Source: Eledone cirrhosa (lineage: Eukaryota). From it: a stretch of 64,000 nt of DNA. Under the pieces are notes generated by a model. The model worked only from the letters and a program-made list of their open reading frames with translations, was not told where the DNA came from and ran no database searches. The stretch lies in assembly GCA_964016885.1 (NCBI GenBank), contig OZ024746.1:102300001-102364000 (forward strand). Direction: 5' to 3'. A program made the position numbers and the translations under genes. Of the stretch, positions 13,000 through 25,796 are shown in pieces. The stretch's first letter is position 1. The number at the start of each line of letters is the position of its first letter.

Positions 13000-13366
13000 C
13001 ATCATCATCATCATCATCATCATCTTCATCATTTCGTTTTAAGTCCGCTTTTTCCCTGCTTGCAAGGGTGGGACGGGAACTGATTCTGGCTTGATTTCTA
13101 CAGCTGGATGCCCTTCCTAACACCAACCTCATTTACAGTGAGTGCTGGGTGCTTTTTTGCCGTGGCACCTCCACGACCACTTTGCAGTGGAATGATATGG
13201 ACCGCAGTCCCTATCATCTCATTTCTACAGCTGAGTAAACTGGAGCAATGTGAAATAAAGTGTCTTGCTCAAGGAAACAACACATCACCCGGACCCGGTC
13301 TGAGAATTGAACTCACAACCTTTCGATTGCCAGGCCAATGCTCTAACCACTAAGCCATGTGCCTCC
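13000..13366 (-). mobile_element. tRNA-derived CORE-like SINE (same family as 5760-6135)
   Basis: A/B box head, CTTGAGCAAGACACTT body and (GAT)n tail. Array copies lie at about 37261-37617, 43186-43539, 49001-49354, 54858-55212 and 60737-61090. Confidence 0.9.
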
Positions 13367-13880
13367 ATATACATATACATACACATACATATACATACAT
13401 ATATATATACATACATACATATATACACATACATACATACACATACATACATACACATACATACATACATACACATATACATACATATATATACATATAC
13501 ATACATACACATACATAAGCATATACACATAAGTATATATACATATACATACATACATATATACATACATACATATATACATATACATACATATATATAC
13601 ATATACATACATACATATATACATATATATATACATACATACACACATATACATACATATATACATATACACATACATACATATACACATACATACATAT
13701 ACATATACATACACATACATATATATATATATATACATACACACACATATATACATACACACACATATACATATACACATATATACACATACATACACAT
13801 ACATACACATACATATACACATATACATATACACTCATATATACATATACATACATACATATATATATATACATACATAA
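13367..13880. repeat. (TA/CA) compound microsatellite
   Basis: Low-complexity tract, also present in each array unit with length alleles. Confidence 0.95.
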
Positions 13881-13972
13881 AGACAAATCCACCTCATGGA
13901 CGAGAATGCAAGGGCTCCTCCTCTTTGTTTCGGCCGCGGATGGCTAACAACCCCATCCCCGCTCCCCACCGC

Positions 13973-14575
13973 TCTCTCTCTCCCTCTCTCTCTCTCTTCT
14001 CTCTCCTACATCTATCTCTCTGGCTCTTTCTCTTTTAGTCCCTCTCTCTCTCTCTCTCCTACATCTATCTCCTTCTCTCCCTCCCTCTCTCTCCTACATC
14101 TATCTCTCTGGCCCTTTTTTAGTCTCTCTCTCTCCTTCTCTCTCCTACATCTATCTCTCTGGCTCTTTCTCTTTTAGTCTCTCTCTGGCTCTCTCTCTCT
14201 CCCTCCCTCTTCTCTCTCCTACATCTATCTCTCTGGCTCTTTCTCTTTTAGTCTCTCTCTCTCTCTCCCTCCCTCTCTCTCCTACATCTATCTCTCTGGC
14301 TCTTTCTCTTTTAGTCTCTCTCTCTCCCTCCCTCTCTCTCCTTCTCTCTCCTACATCTATCTCTCTGGTTCTTTCTATTTTAGTCTCTCTCTCCCTACAT
14401 CTATCTCTCTCTCTCTCCTTCTCTCTCTCTCCTACATCTATCTCTCTGGCTCTTTCTCTTTTAGTCTCTCTCTGACTCTCTCTCTCTTCCCTACATCTAT
14501 CTCTCTGGCTCTTTCTCTTTTAGTCTCTCTCTCTCCCTCCCCTTCTCTCTCTCTCTCTCCCTCCCTCTCTCTCGC
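13973..14575. repeat. Pyrimidine-rich (CT) minisatellite
   Basis: Repeats of ctcctacatctatctctctggctctttctcttttagtctctctc with variable (CT)n. Confidence 0.9.
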
Positions 14576-15429
14576 TCCTATAAGGTCATGTAATTCAGCA
14601 TTGTGGCTTTCTCTAATATGTGAAAATAAAGGCTAGCTTTTAACTGACAAGTAATTAGATAGATACAAAGCTAAATCTAACCTAAATCTAAGTTAATCTA
14701 AGCTAAATCTAGGCTAAATCGAAGCTAAATCTAAGCCAAATCGAAGCTAAATCTAAGCTAAATCTCACCTACATCTAAGCTAAATCTAACCTAATCTTAG
14801 CTAAATCGAAGCTAATTCTAATCTAAATCTTAGCTAAATCTGAACCTAATCTCAGCTAAATCTGAGGTAAATTTTAGTTAAATCTAAGCTAAATCTTAGC
14901 TAAATCTAAGCTAAATAAAAGCTATATCTTAGCTAAATCTAAGCTAAATCTAGGGTAAATCTTAGCTACAGCTAAGCTAAATCAACACTAAATCTAAGTC
15001 AAATCTCAGCTAAAGCTAACCTAAATCTAACCTAAATATGAGCTAAATGTATGGTAAATCTCGCGCAAATCTAATTTAAATATAGGCTAAATCTAACCTA
15101 AATCTCATCTAAATCTAAGCCAAATCTCAGCTAAATCTAAGCTAAATCTGATGTAAATCTAAGTTAAATCTCAGCTAAATCTCGGCTAAATCTAAGCTAA
15201 ATCTAAACTAAATCTAAGCCAAATCTAAGCTAATTCTAAGCTAAATCTAAGCTAAATCTCACCTAAATCTAAGCTTAATTTAAGCATAATCTAACCTAAA
15301 TCTAAACTATATCTAACCTAAATCTTACCTAAATCTAAGTTAATCTAAGCTAAATCTAGGCTAAATCGAAGCTAAAGCTACACTAAATCTAAGCCAAATC
15401 TCAGTTAAATCTAAGTTAAATCTAAGCTA

Positions 15430-18400
15430 AATCTCACCTAAATCTAAGCTAAATCTAACCTAAATCTTACCTTAATCTAAGTTAATATAAGCTAAATCTA
15501 GGCTAAATCTAAGCTAAATCTTAGCTAAATCTAAGCTAAATCTCACCTATATCTAAGCTAAATCTAAGTTAAATACAAGCTAAATCTAACCTAAATATTA
15601 GCTTAATCTACGATAAATCTCACATAAATTTAAGTTAAATCTAGGCTAAACCTAAGCTTAATCTAAGCTAAATCTATGCTAAATCAAAGCTAATTCTAAG
15701 CTAAATTTAAGTTAAATCTAAGGTAAATTCACATAAATCTAAGCTAAATCTGAGCTAAATCTCACCAAAATCTAAGCTAAATCTCACCTAACCCTCAGCT
15801 AAATCTAAGCTAAATCTCACATAAATCTAAGCTAAATCTCACCAAAATCTTAGCTAAATCTAAGCTTAATCTAAGCTAAATCTAAGCTAATTCTAACCTA
15901 AATCTACGCTAAATCTAAACCAAATCTCAGCTAAATCTAAGCTAAATCTGAGGTAAATCTAAGTTAAATCTGAGGTAAATCTAAGTTAAATCTAAGCTAA
16001 ATCTCACTCTAAGCTAAATAAAAGCTATATCTAAGCTAAATGTAGGCTAAATCTCAGCTAGATCTAAGCTAAATCAACGCTAAATCTAAGCCAAATCTCA
16101 GCTAAATCTAAGCTAAATCTCACCTAAATCTCAGCTAAATCTAACCTAAATCTTAGCTAAATCTAAGCTTAATCTAAACTAAATCTAATTCTAACCTAAA
16201 CCTAAGTTAAATCTAAACCAAATCTCAGCTAAATCTAAGGTAAATCTAAGTTAAATCTAAGCTAAATCTCACTCTAAGCTAAATAAAAGCTATATCTAAG
16301 CTAAATGTAGGCTAAATCTAAGCCAAATCTCAGCTAAATCTAAGGTAAATCTAAGCTAAATCGAAGCCAAATCTAAGCTAAGTATTAGCTAAATCTAAGG
16401 TAAATCTCGCCCAAATTTAATTTAAATCTAGACTAAACCTAAGCTAGATCTTAGCTAAATCTCAGCTAAATCTTAGCTATATCTGATGTAAATCTAAGCT
16501 AAATCTAAACTAAATCCTAAGTTAAATCTCAGCTAAATCTTAGCTAACCCTCAGCTAAATCTAGCTAAATCTAAGCTAAATCTCAGCTAAATCTAAGCTA
16601 AATCACACATAAATCTAAGTTAAATCTAGGCAAAACCTAAGCTTAACCTAAGCTAAATCTAAACTAAATCTAAGCTAAATCTGACCTAATTCTAACCTAA
16701 ATCTAAGCTAAATCTAAGTTAATCTCACCTAAATCTAAGCTAAATAAAAGCTATATCTAAGCTAAATCTTAGTTAAATCTAAGCTAAATCAACACTAAAT
16801 CTAAGCTAAATCTCACCTAAATCTAAGCTACATCTAAGCTAAATCTGATGTAAATCTAAGTTAAACCTCGGCTAAATCTAAGCTAAATCTAAACTAAATC
16901 TTAGCCAAATCTAAGCTAAATCAAAGCTAATTCTAAGCTAAATCTCACCTAAATCTAACCTAAGTCTAAGCTAAATCTAAGCTTAATTTAAGCATAATCT
17001 AACCTAAATCTTAAGTAAATCTAGGCAAATCTCAGCTAAATCTAAGCCAAATCTTAGCTAAATCTAAGCTAAATCTAAGTTAAATCTAAGCTAAATCTAA
17101 GCTAAATATTAGCTCAATTTAAGCTAAATCTAGGCTAAATCTGATCTACATCTAAACTAAATCTCAGCTAAATATTAGCTAAATCTAAGCTAAATAAAAG
17201 ATAAATCTAAGCTACATCCCCACCTAAATCTAAGCTAAATATAAGCTAAATCTAACCCAAATCTAAGGTAAATCTAACCTAAATCTAAGTTAATCTAAGC
17301 TAAATCTAGGCTAAATCGAAGCTAAAGCTACGCTAAATCTAAGCCGAAACTCAGGTAATTCTAAGCTAAATCTAAGCTAAATCTTAGCTAAATCTAAGGT
17401 AAATCTCACCTATATCTAAGCTAAATCTAAGTTAATATAAGCTAAATCTAACCTAAATATTAGCTTAATCTAAGATAAATTTCACATAAATTTCAGTTAA
17501 TTCTAGGCTAAACCTAAGCTTAATCTAAGCTAAATCTAAGCTAAATCAAAGCTACTTCTAAGCTAAATATAAGCTAAATTCACATAAATCTAAACTAAAT
17601 CTAAGCTAAATCTCACCAAAACCTCAGCTAAATCTATCTAAATCTTAGCAAAATCTAAGCTAAATCTCAGCTAAATCAAAGCTAATTCTAAGCTAAATCT
17701 AAGCAAAATCTAAGCTAGATTTCACATAAATCTAAGCTAAAACTAAGCCGAATCTCAGCTAAATCTAAGCTAAGTCTCACTTAAATCTAAGCTAAATCTC
17801 ACCTAAATCTAAGCTAAATGAAAGCTAATTCTAAGCTAAATCTAAGATAAATCTAAACCTAATCTCACCTAAATAAAAGCTACATCTAAGCTAAATCTAG
17901 GGTAAAGCTAAGCTAAATCAACATTAAATCTCAGGTAAATCTAAGCTAAATCTCACCTAAATCTAAGCTAATTCTGATGTAAATCTAAGTTAAATCTCAG
18001 CTAAATCTAAACTAAATATTAGCTAAATCTAAGCTAAATATGATCTACATCTAAACAAAACCTCAGCTAAATATTAGCTAAATCTAATCTACATCCCCAC
18101 CTAAATCTAAGCTAAATATAAACTAAATCTAACCTAAATCTAAGCTAAATCTCGCCTAAATCTAAGCTAAATCTCACCTAAATCTAAGCTAAATCTCACC
18201 TAAATCTAAGCTAAATCTTACCTTAATCTAAGTTAATATAAGCTAAATCTAGGCTAAATCTAAGCTAAATCTAAGCTAAATCTAAGCTAAATCTAAGCTA
18301 AATCTAAGCTAAATCTCACCTATATCTAAGCTAAATCTAAGTTAAATACAACCTAAATCTAACCTAAATATTAGCTTAATCTAAGATAAATCTCACATAA

Positions 18401-21400
18401 ATTTAAGTTAATTCTAGGCTAAACCTAAGCTTAATCTAAGCTAATTCTAAGCTAAAACTAAGCTAAATCTCACCTAAATCTCAGTTAAATCTAGCTAAAT
18501 CTTAGCAAAATCTAAGCTTAATCTAAGGTAAATCTCACCTAAATCTAAGCTAAATCTAAGCTAAATCAAAGCTAAATCAAAGCTAATTCTAAGCGAAATC
18601 TAAGCCGAATCTCAGCTAAATCTCACCTAAATCTAAGCTAAATCTAACCTAAATCTTAGCTAATTTTAAGCTTAATCTAAGCTAATTCTAACCTAAATGT
18701 AAGCTAAATCTAAGCTAAATCTGAGTTATATCTAATCTAAATCTAAGGTAAATCTAAGCTAAATCTCACTCTAAGCTAAATAAAAGCTATATCTAAGCTA
18801 AATGTAGGCTAAATCTAAGCTAAATCGAAGCCAAATCTAAGGTAAATCTTGCCCAAATCTAATTTAAATCTAGACTAAATGTAAGCTAAATCTAAGCTAA
18901 ATCTCAGCTGAATCTCACCTAAATCTAAGCCAAATCTCAGCTAAATCTAGACTAAACGTAAGCTAAATCTCAGCTAAATCTAAGCTGAATCTCACCTAAA
19001 TCTAAGCCAAATCTCAGCTAAATCTAAGCTAAATCTGATATAAATATAAGCTAATATCTAAGCTAAATCTCAGCTAAATCTTAGCTAACCCTCAGCTAAA
19101 TCTAACCTAAATCTAAGCTAAATCTCAGCTAAATCTAAGCTGAATCTCACCTAAATCTAAGCCAAATCTTAGTTAAATCTAAGCTAAATCTTAGCTAACC
19201 CTCAGCTAAATCTAACCTAAATCTAAGCTAAATCTCAGCTAAATCTGAGTTAAATCTAAGCTAAATCTAAGCTAAATCTAAACTAAATCTAAGCTAAATC
19301 ACACATAAATCTAAGTTAAATCTAAGCTAAATCTAAGGTAAATCTCGCCCAAATCTAATTTAAATCTAGGCTAAACCTAAGCTGAATCTAAGCTAAATCT
19401 CAGCTAAATCTCACCTAAATCTAAGCTAAATCTAACCTAAATCTTACCTTAATCTAAGTTAATATAAGCTAAATCTAGGCTAAATCTAAGCTAAATCTTA
19501 GCTAAATCTAAGCTAAATCTCACCTATATCTAAGCTAAATCTAAGTTAAATACAAGCTAAATCTAACCTAAATATTAGCTTAATCTACGATAAATCTCAC
19601 ATAAATTTAAGTTAAATCTAGGCTAAACCTAAGCTTAATCTAAGCTAAATCTATGCTAAATCAAAGCTAATTCTAAGCTAAATTTAAGTTAAATCTAAGG
19701 TAAATTCACATAAATCTAAGCTAAATCTGAGCTAAATCTCACCGAAATCTAAGCTAAATCTCACCTAACCCTCAGCTAAATCTAAGCTAAATCTCACATA
19801 AATCTAAGTTAAATCTCACCAAAATCTTAGCTAAATCTAAGCTTAATCTAAGCTAAATCTAAGCTAATTCTAACCTAAATCTACGCTAAATCTAAACCAA
19901 ATCTCAGCTAAATCTAAGCTAAATCTGAGGTAAATCTAAGTTAAATCTGAGGTAAATCTAAGTTAAATCTAAGCTAAATCTCACTCTAAGCTAAATAAAA
20001 GCTATATCTAAGCTAAATGTAGGCTAAATCTCAGCTAGATCTAAGCTAAATCAACGCTAAATCTAAGCCAAATCTCAGCTAAATCTAAGCTAAATCTCAC
20101 CTAAATCTCAGCTAAATCTAACCTAAATCTTAGCTAAATCTAAGCTTAATCTAAGCTAAATCTAATTCTAACCTAAACCTAAGTTAAATCTAAACCAAAT
20201 CTCAGCTAAATCTAAGGTAAATCTAAGTTAAATCTAAGCTAAATCTCACTCTAAGCTAAATAAAAGCTATATCTAAGCTAAATGTAGGCTAAATCTAAGC
20301 CAAATCTCAGCTAAATCTAAGGTAAATCTAAGCTAAATCGAAGCCAAATCTAAGCTAAGTATTAGCTAAATCTAAGGTAAATCTCGCCCAAATTTAATTT
20401 AAATCTAGACTAAACCTAAGCTAGATCTTAGCTAAATCTCAGCTAAATCTTAGCTATATCTGATGTAAATCTAAGCTAAATCTAAACTAAATCCTAAGTT
20501 AAATCTCAGCTAAATCTTAGCTAACCCTCAGCTAAATCTAGCTAAATCTAAGCTAAATCTCAGCTAAATCTAAGCTAAATCACACATAAATCTAAGTTAA
20601 ATCTAGGCAAAACCTAAGCTTAACCTAAGCTAAATCTAAACTAAATCTAAGCTAAATCTGACCTAATTCTAACCTAAATCTAAGCTAAATCTAAGTTAAT
20701 CTCACCTAAATCTAAGCTAAATAAAAGCTATATCTAAGCTAAATCTTAGTTAAATCTAAGCTAAATCAACACTAAATCTAAGCTAAATCTCACCTAAATC
20801 TAAGCTACATCTAAGCTAAATCTGATGTAAATCTAAGTTAAACCTCGGCTAAATCTAAGCTAAATCTAAACTAAATCTTAGCCAAATCTAAGCTAAATCA
20901 AAGCTAATTCTAAGCTAAATCTCACCTAAATCTAACCTAAGTCTAAGCTAAATCTAAGCTTAATTTAAGCATAATCTAACCTAAATCTTAAGTAAATCTA
21001 GGCCAAATCTCAGCTAAATCTAAGCCAAATCTTAGCTAAATCTAAGCTAAATCTAAGTTAAATCTAAGCTAAATCTAAGCTAAATATTAGCTCAATTTAA
21101 GCTAAATCTAGGCTAAATCTGATCTACATCTAAACTAAATCTCAGCTAAATATTAGCTAAATCTAAGCTAAATAAAAGATAAATCTAAGCTACATCCCCA
21201 CCTAAATCTAAGCTAAATATAAGCTAAATCTAACCCAAATCTAAGGTAAATCTAACCTAAATCTAAGTTAATCTAAGCTAAATCTAGGCTAAATCGAAGC
21301 TAAAGCTACGCTAAATCTAAGCCGAAACTCAGGTAATTCTAAGCTAAATCTAAGCTAAATCTTAGCTAAATCTAAGGTAAATCTCACCTATATCTAAGCT

Positions 21401-23596
21401 AAATCTAAGTTAATATAAGCTAAATCTAACCTAAATATTAGCTTAATCTAAGATAAATTTCACATAAATTTCAGTTAATTCTAGGCTAAACCTAAGCTTA
21501 ATCTAAGCTAAATCTAAGCTAAATCAAAGCTACTTCTAAGCTAAATATAAGCTAAATTCACATAAATCTAAACTAAATCTAAGCTAAATCTCACCAAAAC
21601 CTCAGCTAAATCTATCTAAATCTTAGCAAAATCTAAGCTAAATCTCAGCTAAATCAAAGCTAATTCTAAGCTAAATCTAAGCAAAATCTAAGCTAGATTT
21701 CACATAAATCTAAGCTAAAACTAAGCCGAATCTCAGCTAAATCTAAGCTAAGTCTCACTTAAATCTAAGCTAAATCTCACCTAAATCTAAGCTAAATGAA
21801 AGCTAATTCTAAGCTAAATCTAAGATAAATCTAAACCTAATCTCACCTAAATAAAAGCTACATCTAAGCTAAATCTAGGGTAAAGCTAAGCTAAATCAAC
21901 ATTAAATCTCAGGTAAATCTAAGCTAAATCTCACCTAAATCTAAGCTAATTCTGATGTAAATCTAAGTTAAATCTCAGCTAAATCTAAACTAAATATTAG
22001 CTAAATCTAAGCTAAATATGATCTACATCTAAACAAAACCTCAGCTAAATATTAGCTAAATCTAATCTACATCCCCACCTAAATCTAAGCTAAATATAAA
22101 CTAAATCTAACCTAAATCTAAGCTAAATCTCGCCTAAATCTAAGCTAAATCTCACCTAAATCTAAGCTAAATCTCACCTAAATCTAAGCTAAATCTTACC
22201 TTAATCTAAGTTAATATAAGCTAAATCTAGGCTAAATCTAAGCTAAATCTAAGCTAAATCTAAGCTAAATCTAAGCTAAATCTAAGCTAAATCTCACCTA
22301 TATCTAAGCTAAATCTAAGTTAAATACAACCTAAATCTAACCTAAATATTAGCTTAATCTAAGATAAATCTCACATAAATTTAAGTTAATTCTAGGCTAA
22401 ACCTAAGCTTAATCTAAGCTAATTCTAAGCTAAAACTAAGCTAAATCTCACCTAAATCTCAGTTAAATCTAGCTAAATCTTAGCAAAATCTAAGCTTAAT
22501 CTAAGGTAAATCTCACCTAAATCTAAGCTAAATCTAAGCTAAATCAAAGCTAAATCAAAGCTAATTCTAAGCGAAATCTAAGCCGAATCTCAGCTAAATC
22601 TCACCTAAATCTAAGCTAAATCTAACCTAAATCTTAGCTAATTTCAAGCTTAATCTAAGCTATTTCTAACCTAAATGTAAGCTAAATCTAAGCTAAATCT
22701 GAGTTATATCTAATCTAAATCTGAGGTAAATCTAAGCTAAATCTCACTCTAAGCTAAATAAAAGCTATATCTAAGCTAAATGTAGGCTAAATCTAAGCTA
22801 AATCGAAGCCAAATCTAAGGTAAATCTTGCCCAAATCTAATTTAAATCTAGACTAAATGTAAGCTAAATCTAAGCTAAATCTCAGCTGAATCTCACCTAA
22901 ATCTAAGCCAAATCTCAGCTAAATCTAGACTAAACGTAAGCTAAATCTCAGCTAAATCTAAGCTGAATCTCACCTAAATCTAAGCCAAATCTCAGCTAAA
23001 TCTAAGCTAAATCTGATATAAATATAAGCTTGAGTTGAGGGTTGTTCTATCGACGGGGTATTAAACAACCCATTTGTGGCGCCTCCCCCCTATTGGGGAT
23101 TTCGATTGTTGAAATTGTTTGTTTTTATATTTTTTTACACGACTGTATGTAAAATCCCCGGCATGTCTTTGTATTGTCCCCTTTCTTGTTGCGCCCTTGT
23201 GGCTAATAAAGAAATCAATATCTAAGCTAAATCTCAGCTAAATCTTAGCTAACCCTCAGCTAAATCTAACCTAAATCTAAGCTAAATCTCAGCTAAATCT
23301 AAGCTGAATCTCACCTAAATCTAAGCCAAATCTTAGTTAAATCTAAGCTAAATCTTAGCTAACCCTCAGCTAAATCTAACCTAAATCTAAGCTAAATCTC
23401 AGCTAAATCTGAGTTAAATCTAAGCTAAATCTAAGCTAAATCTAAACTAAATCTAAGCTAAATCACACATAAATCTAAGTTAAATCTAAGCTAAATCTAA
23501 GGTAAATCTCGCCCAAATCTAATTTAAATCTAGGCTAAACCTAAGCTGAATCTAAGCTAAATCTCAGCTAAATCTCACCTAAATCTAAGCTAAATC
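15430..23596. repeat. ~3,977-bp higher-order tandem duplication within the satellite
   Basis: Rare variants recur at a fixed offset: cttacctt 15466/19443, ctacgata 15608/19585, catcccc 17215/21193. Confidence 0.9.
23031..23216 (+). mobile_element. 186-bp insertion in the satellite, probable 3' end of a retroelement
   Basis: Absent from the paralogous site at ~19052 (aagct^aatatc). It is T-rich and ends in ggctaataaagaaatc (poly(A) signal). No TSD is visible. Confidence 0.6.
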
Positions 23597-23782
23597 TCAC
23601 CTAAATCTAACCTAAATCTTAGCTAATTCTAAACCAAATCTCAGCTAAATCTGAGGTAAATCTAAGCTAAATCTCACCTAAATCTAAGCTAAATAAAAGC
23701 TATATCTAAGCTAAATGTAGGCTAAATCTAAGCTAAAGCTAAGCTAAATCAACACTAAATCTAAGCCAAATCTCAGCTAAAG

Positions 23783-24823
23783 TCCTGGATTGAACTTACA
23801 GACAAGGTTCTCACCATCTCTGGTACTTCCCACTAAGCTACCGAGACTGACACAAAGACTTACTGAAAATTAATTTTTATAAACCTACTTTCATTTTTAA
23901 TTTTCCTTTTACATCTCTTAGAAAAAACTGAAAATCTTTGGTGAGAACCCCAATGTCTATTTATCTAATATAATTTAATTAATTTAATTTAATTTAATTT
24001 AGTTAAATTGTCGAAACCACTGGTGATCTAAAGATGGAGGAGAGAGATAAAATAGACATATTGTCTCCTCGACCTTTAGATCTTCAATGTTTTCGACAAT
24101 TTAACTAAAATAAAAAATGAAATTAAATATAATTAAATAAATAGGGGTTCTCTTTTTCAAAGAGATATAGAAAGAAAATTAAAAAAAGATTAACATTACA
24201 CCTTACATGTATCTCATGGACCAGGATTGAACCTCAGTCCTCAATTCAACCCTCAGACCAGGACTGAACAGGATCTCACCATCTCTGGTACTTCACACTA
24301 AGCTACCGAGACTGACACAAAGATTTACTGAAAATTAATATTTATAAACCTACTTTCAAAATTCAATTAATTAAATTAAATTAAATTAAAAATAAAATGA
24401 AATAAAGAGACATTGGGGTTCTAAACTTTAATATATATATATATATTCCTTTGACATTTCTTAGAAAAAAAAACTGAAAAAGTTTTGTGAGAACCCCAAT
24501 GTCTATTTATTTTATTTTATTTTAAAATAAAATTAATTAAATTAAATTAAATTAAAAATAAAATGAAATAAATCGACATTGGGGTTCTAAACTTTCATAT
24601 ATATATATATATATCATCATCATCATCATCACCGTTTTACGTCCGTTCTTCCACGCTAGCATGATATTCCTTTGACATTTCTTAGAAAAAAAAATTGAAA
24701 AAGTTTTGTGAGATCCCCAATGTATATTTATTTTATTTTATTTTTAAATAAAATTAATAAAATAAAATAAAATAAAATAAAATTAAAAATAAAATGAAAT
24801 AAATCGACATTGGGGTTCTAAAC

Positions 24824-24835
<12 letters not shown>
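23783..24835. mobile_element. Cluster of partial AT-rich palindromic (foldback/MITE-like) elements separated by (TA)n
   Basis: Arms ctcaccatctctggtacttc.cactaagct, inverted pairs gagaaccccaatgtc / gacattggggttct and a central palindrome at ~24000-24110. Confidence 0.7.
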
Positions 24836-24863
<28 letters not shown>

Positions 24864-25016
24864 ATAAATGCTCTGAAATAGCGATATATATGTGAATATA
24901 GACATAGAATATTCGAAAATATTCTGTATGTTTATAATAAACATTTTGAAGACCTAATCGCTATAGAATAGAATACGTCACGTATTACAATTAGATTCTC
25001 GATAAAAGCAAGGGAA

Positions 25017-25059
25017 GTAATCTACGCGTTTCATTCTTGTTAGAAATCTTCAGGACTAC
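25017..25059 (-). ncRNA. Minimal type I hammerhead ribozyme
   Basis: GTAGTC-CTGAAGA-TTTCTAACAAGAAT-GAAA-CGCG-TA-GATTAC. Stem I is GTAGTC/GATTAC, stem II TTCT/AGAA, stem III the palindrome ACGCGT, and the cleavage triplet GUA. Confidence 0.8.
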
Positions 25060-25326
25060 ATATCCAGTGCTTTTATCGAGAATGACACAGCTAGAGACTT
25101 ATAGAATACTTAGCTGTGTACAGGAACTGGTTTGAAAGAGCGGTTGCCGGTCCGGCAGAAATTAGAAATTGGAATAAATGCTCTGAAATAGCGATATATA
25201 TGTGAATATAGACATAGAATATTCGAAAATATTCTGTATGTTTATAATAAACATTTTGAAGACCTAATCGCTATAGAATAGAATACGTCACGTATTACAA
25301 TTAGATTCTCGATAAAAGCAAGGGAA

Positions 25327-25369
25327 GTAATCTACGCGTTTCATTCTTGTTAGAAATCTTCAGGACTAC
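25327..25369 (-). ncRNA. Minimal type I hammerhead ribozyme (second tandem copy)
   Basis: Identical motif 310 bp from the first. Confidence 0.8.
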
Positions 25370-25579
25370 ATATCCAGTGCTTTTATCGAGAATGACACAG
25401 CTAGAGACTTATAGGATACTTAGCTGTGTACAGGAACTGGTTTGAAAGAGCGGTTGCCGGTCCATTCCAATTTCTAATTTCTGCCGGACCGGCAACCGCT
25501 CTTTCAAACCAGTTCCTGTACACAGCTAAGTATTCTATAAGTCTCTAGCTGTGTCATTCTCGATAAAAGCACTGGATAT

Positions 25580-25622
25580 GTAGTCCTGAAGATTTCTAAC
25601 AAGAATGAAACGCGTAGATTAC
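25580..25622 (+). ncRNA. Minimal type I hammerhead ribozyme (inverted copy)
   Basis: gtagtcctgaagatttctaacaagaatgaaacgcgtagattac on the + strand. Confidence 0.8.
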
Positions 25623-25744
25623 TTCCCTTGCTTTTATCGAGAATCTAATTGTAATACATGACGTATTCTATTCTATAGCGATTAGGTCTTCAAAATGTTT
25701 ATTATAAACATACAGAATATTTTCGAATATTCTATGTCTATATT

Positions 25745-25789
<45 letters not shown>

Positions 25790-25796
<7 letters not shown>

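Larger units (their letters stand above)
8400..13972. repeat. Solo, diverged copy of the ~5.85-kb macrosatellite unit
   Basis: Same order as the 32.4-64 kb units: SINE tail, structured island, CRE element, RTE fragments, SINE, microsatellite, RTE 5' start. It carries private indels, including a ~210-bp CRE deletion at ~11165. Confidence 0.95.
14669..23782. repeat. 11-bp satellite array (CTAAATCTAAG)n, ~9.1 kb
   Basis: Continuous 11-bp periodicity with variants ctcagctaaat, ctcacctaaat and ctaacctaaat. Confidence 0.97.
24859..25752. mobile_element. 310-bp hammerhead-ribozyme repeat: two tandem copies (-) plus one inverted copy (+), inserted in (TA)n; retrozyme or Penelope pseudo-LTR-like
   Basis: 24859-25168 is repeated at 25169-25463 with near identity, and 25464-25752 is the reverse complement. 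Each copy carries a minimal type I hammerhead. (TA)n flanks both sides. Confidence 0.85.

Noticed and set aside
13285-14038. Cys/Tyr/Val/Met- or His/Ile/Thr-rich ORFs (also 7.2-7.8 kb, 27.7-28.6 kb and each array unit)
   Set aside because: Stop-free frames arise trivially from (TA/CA) microsatellites.
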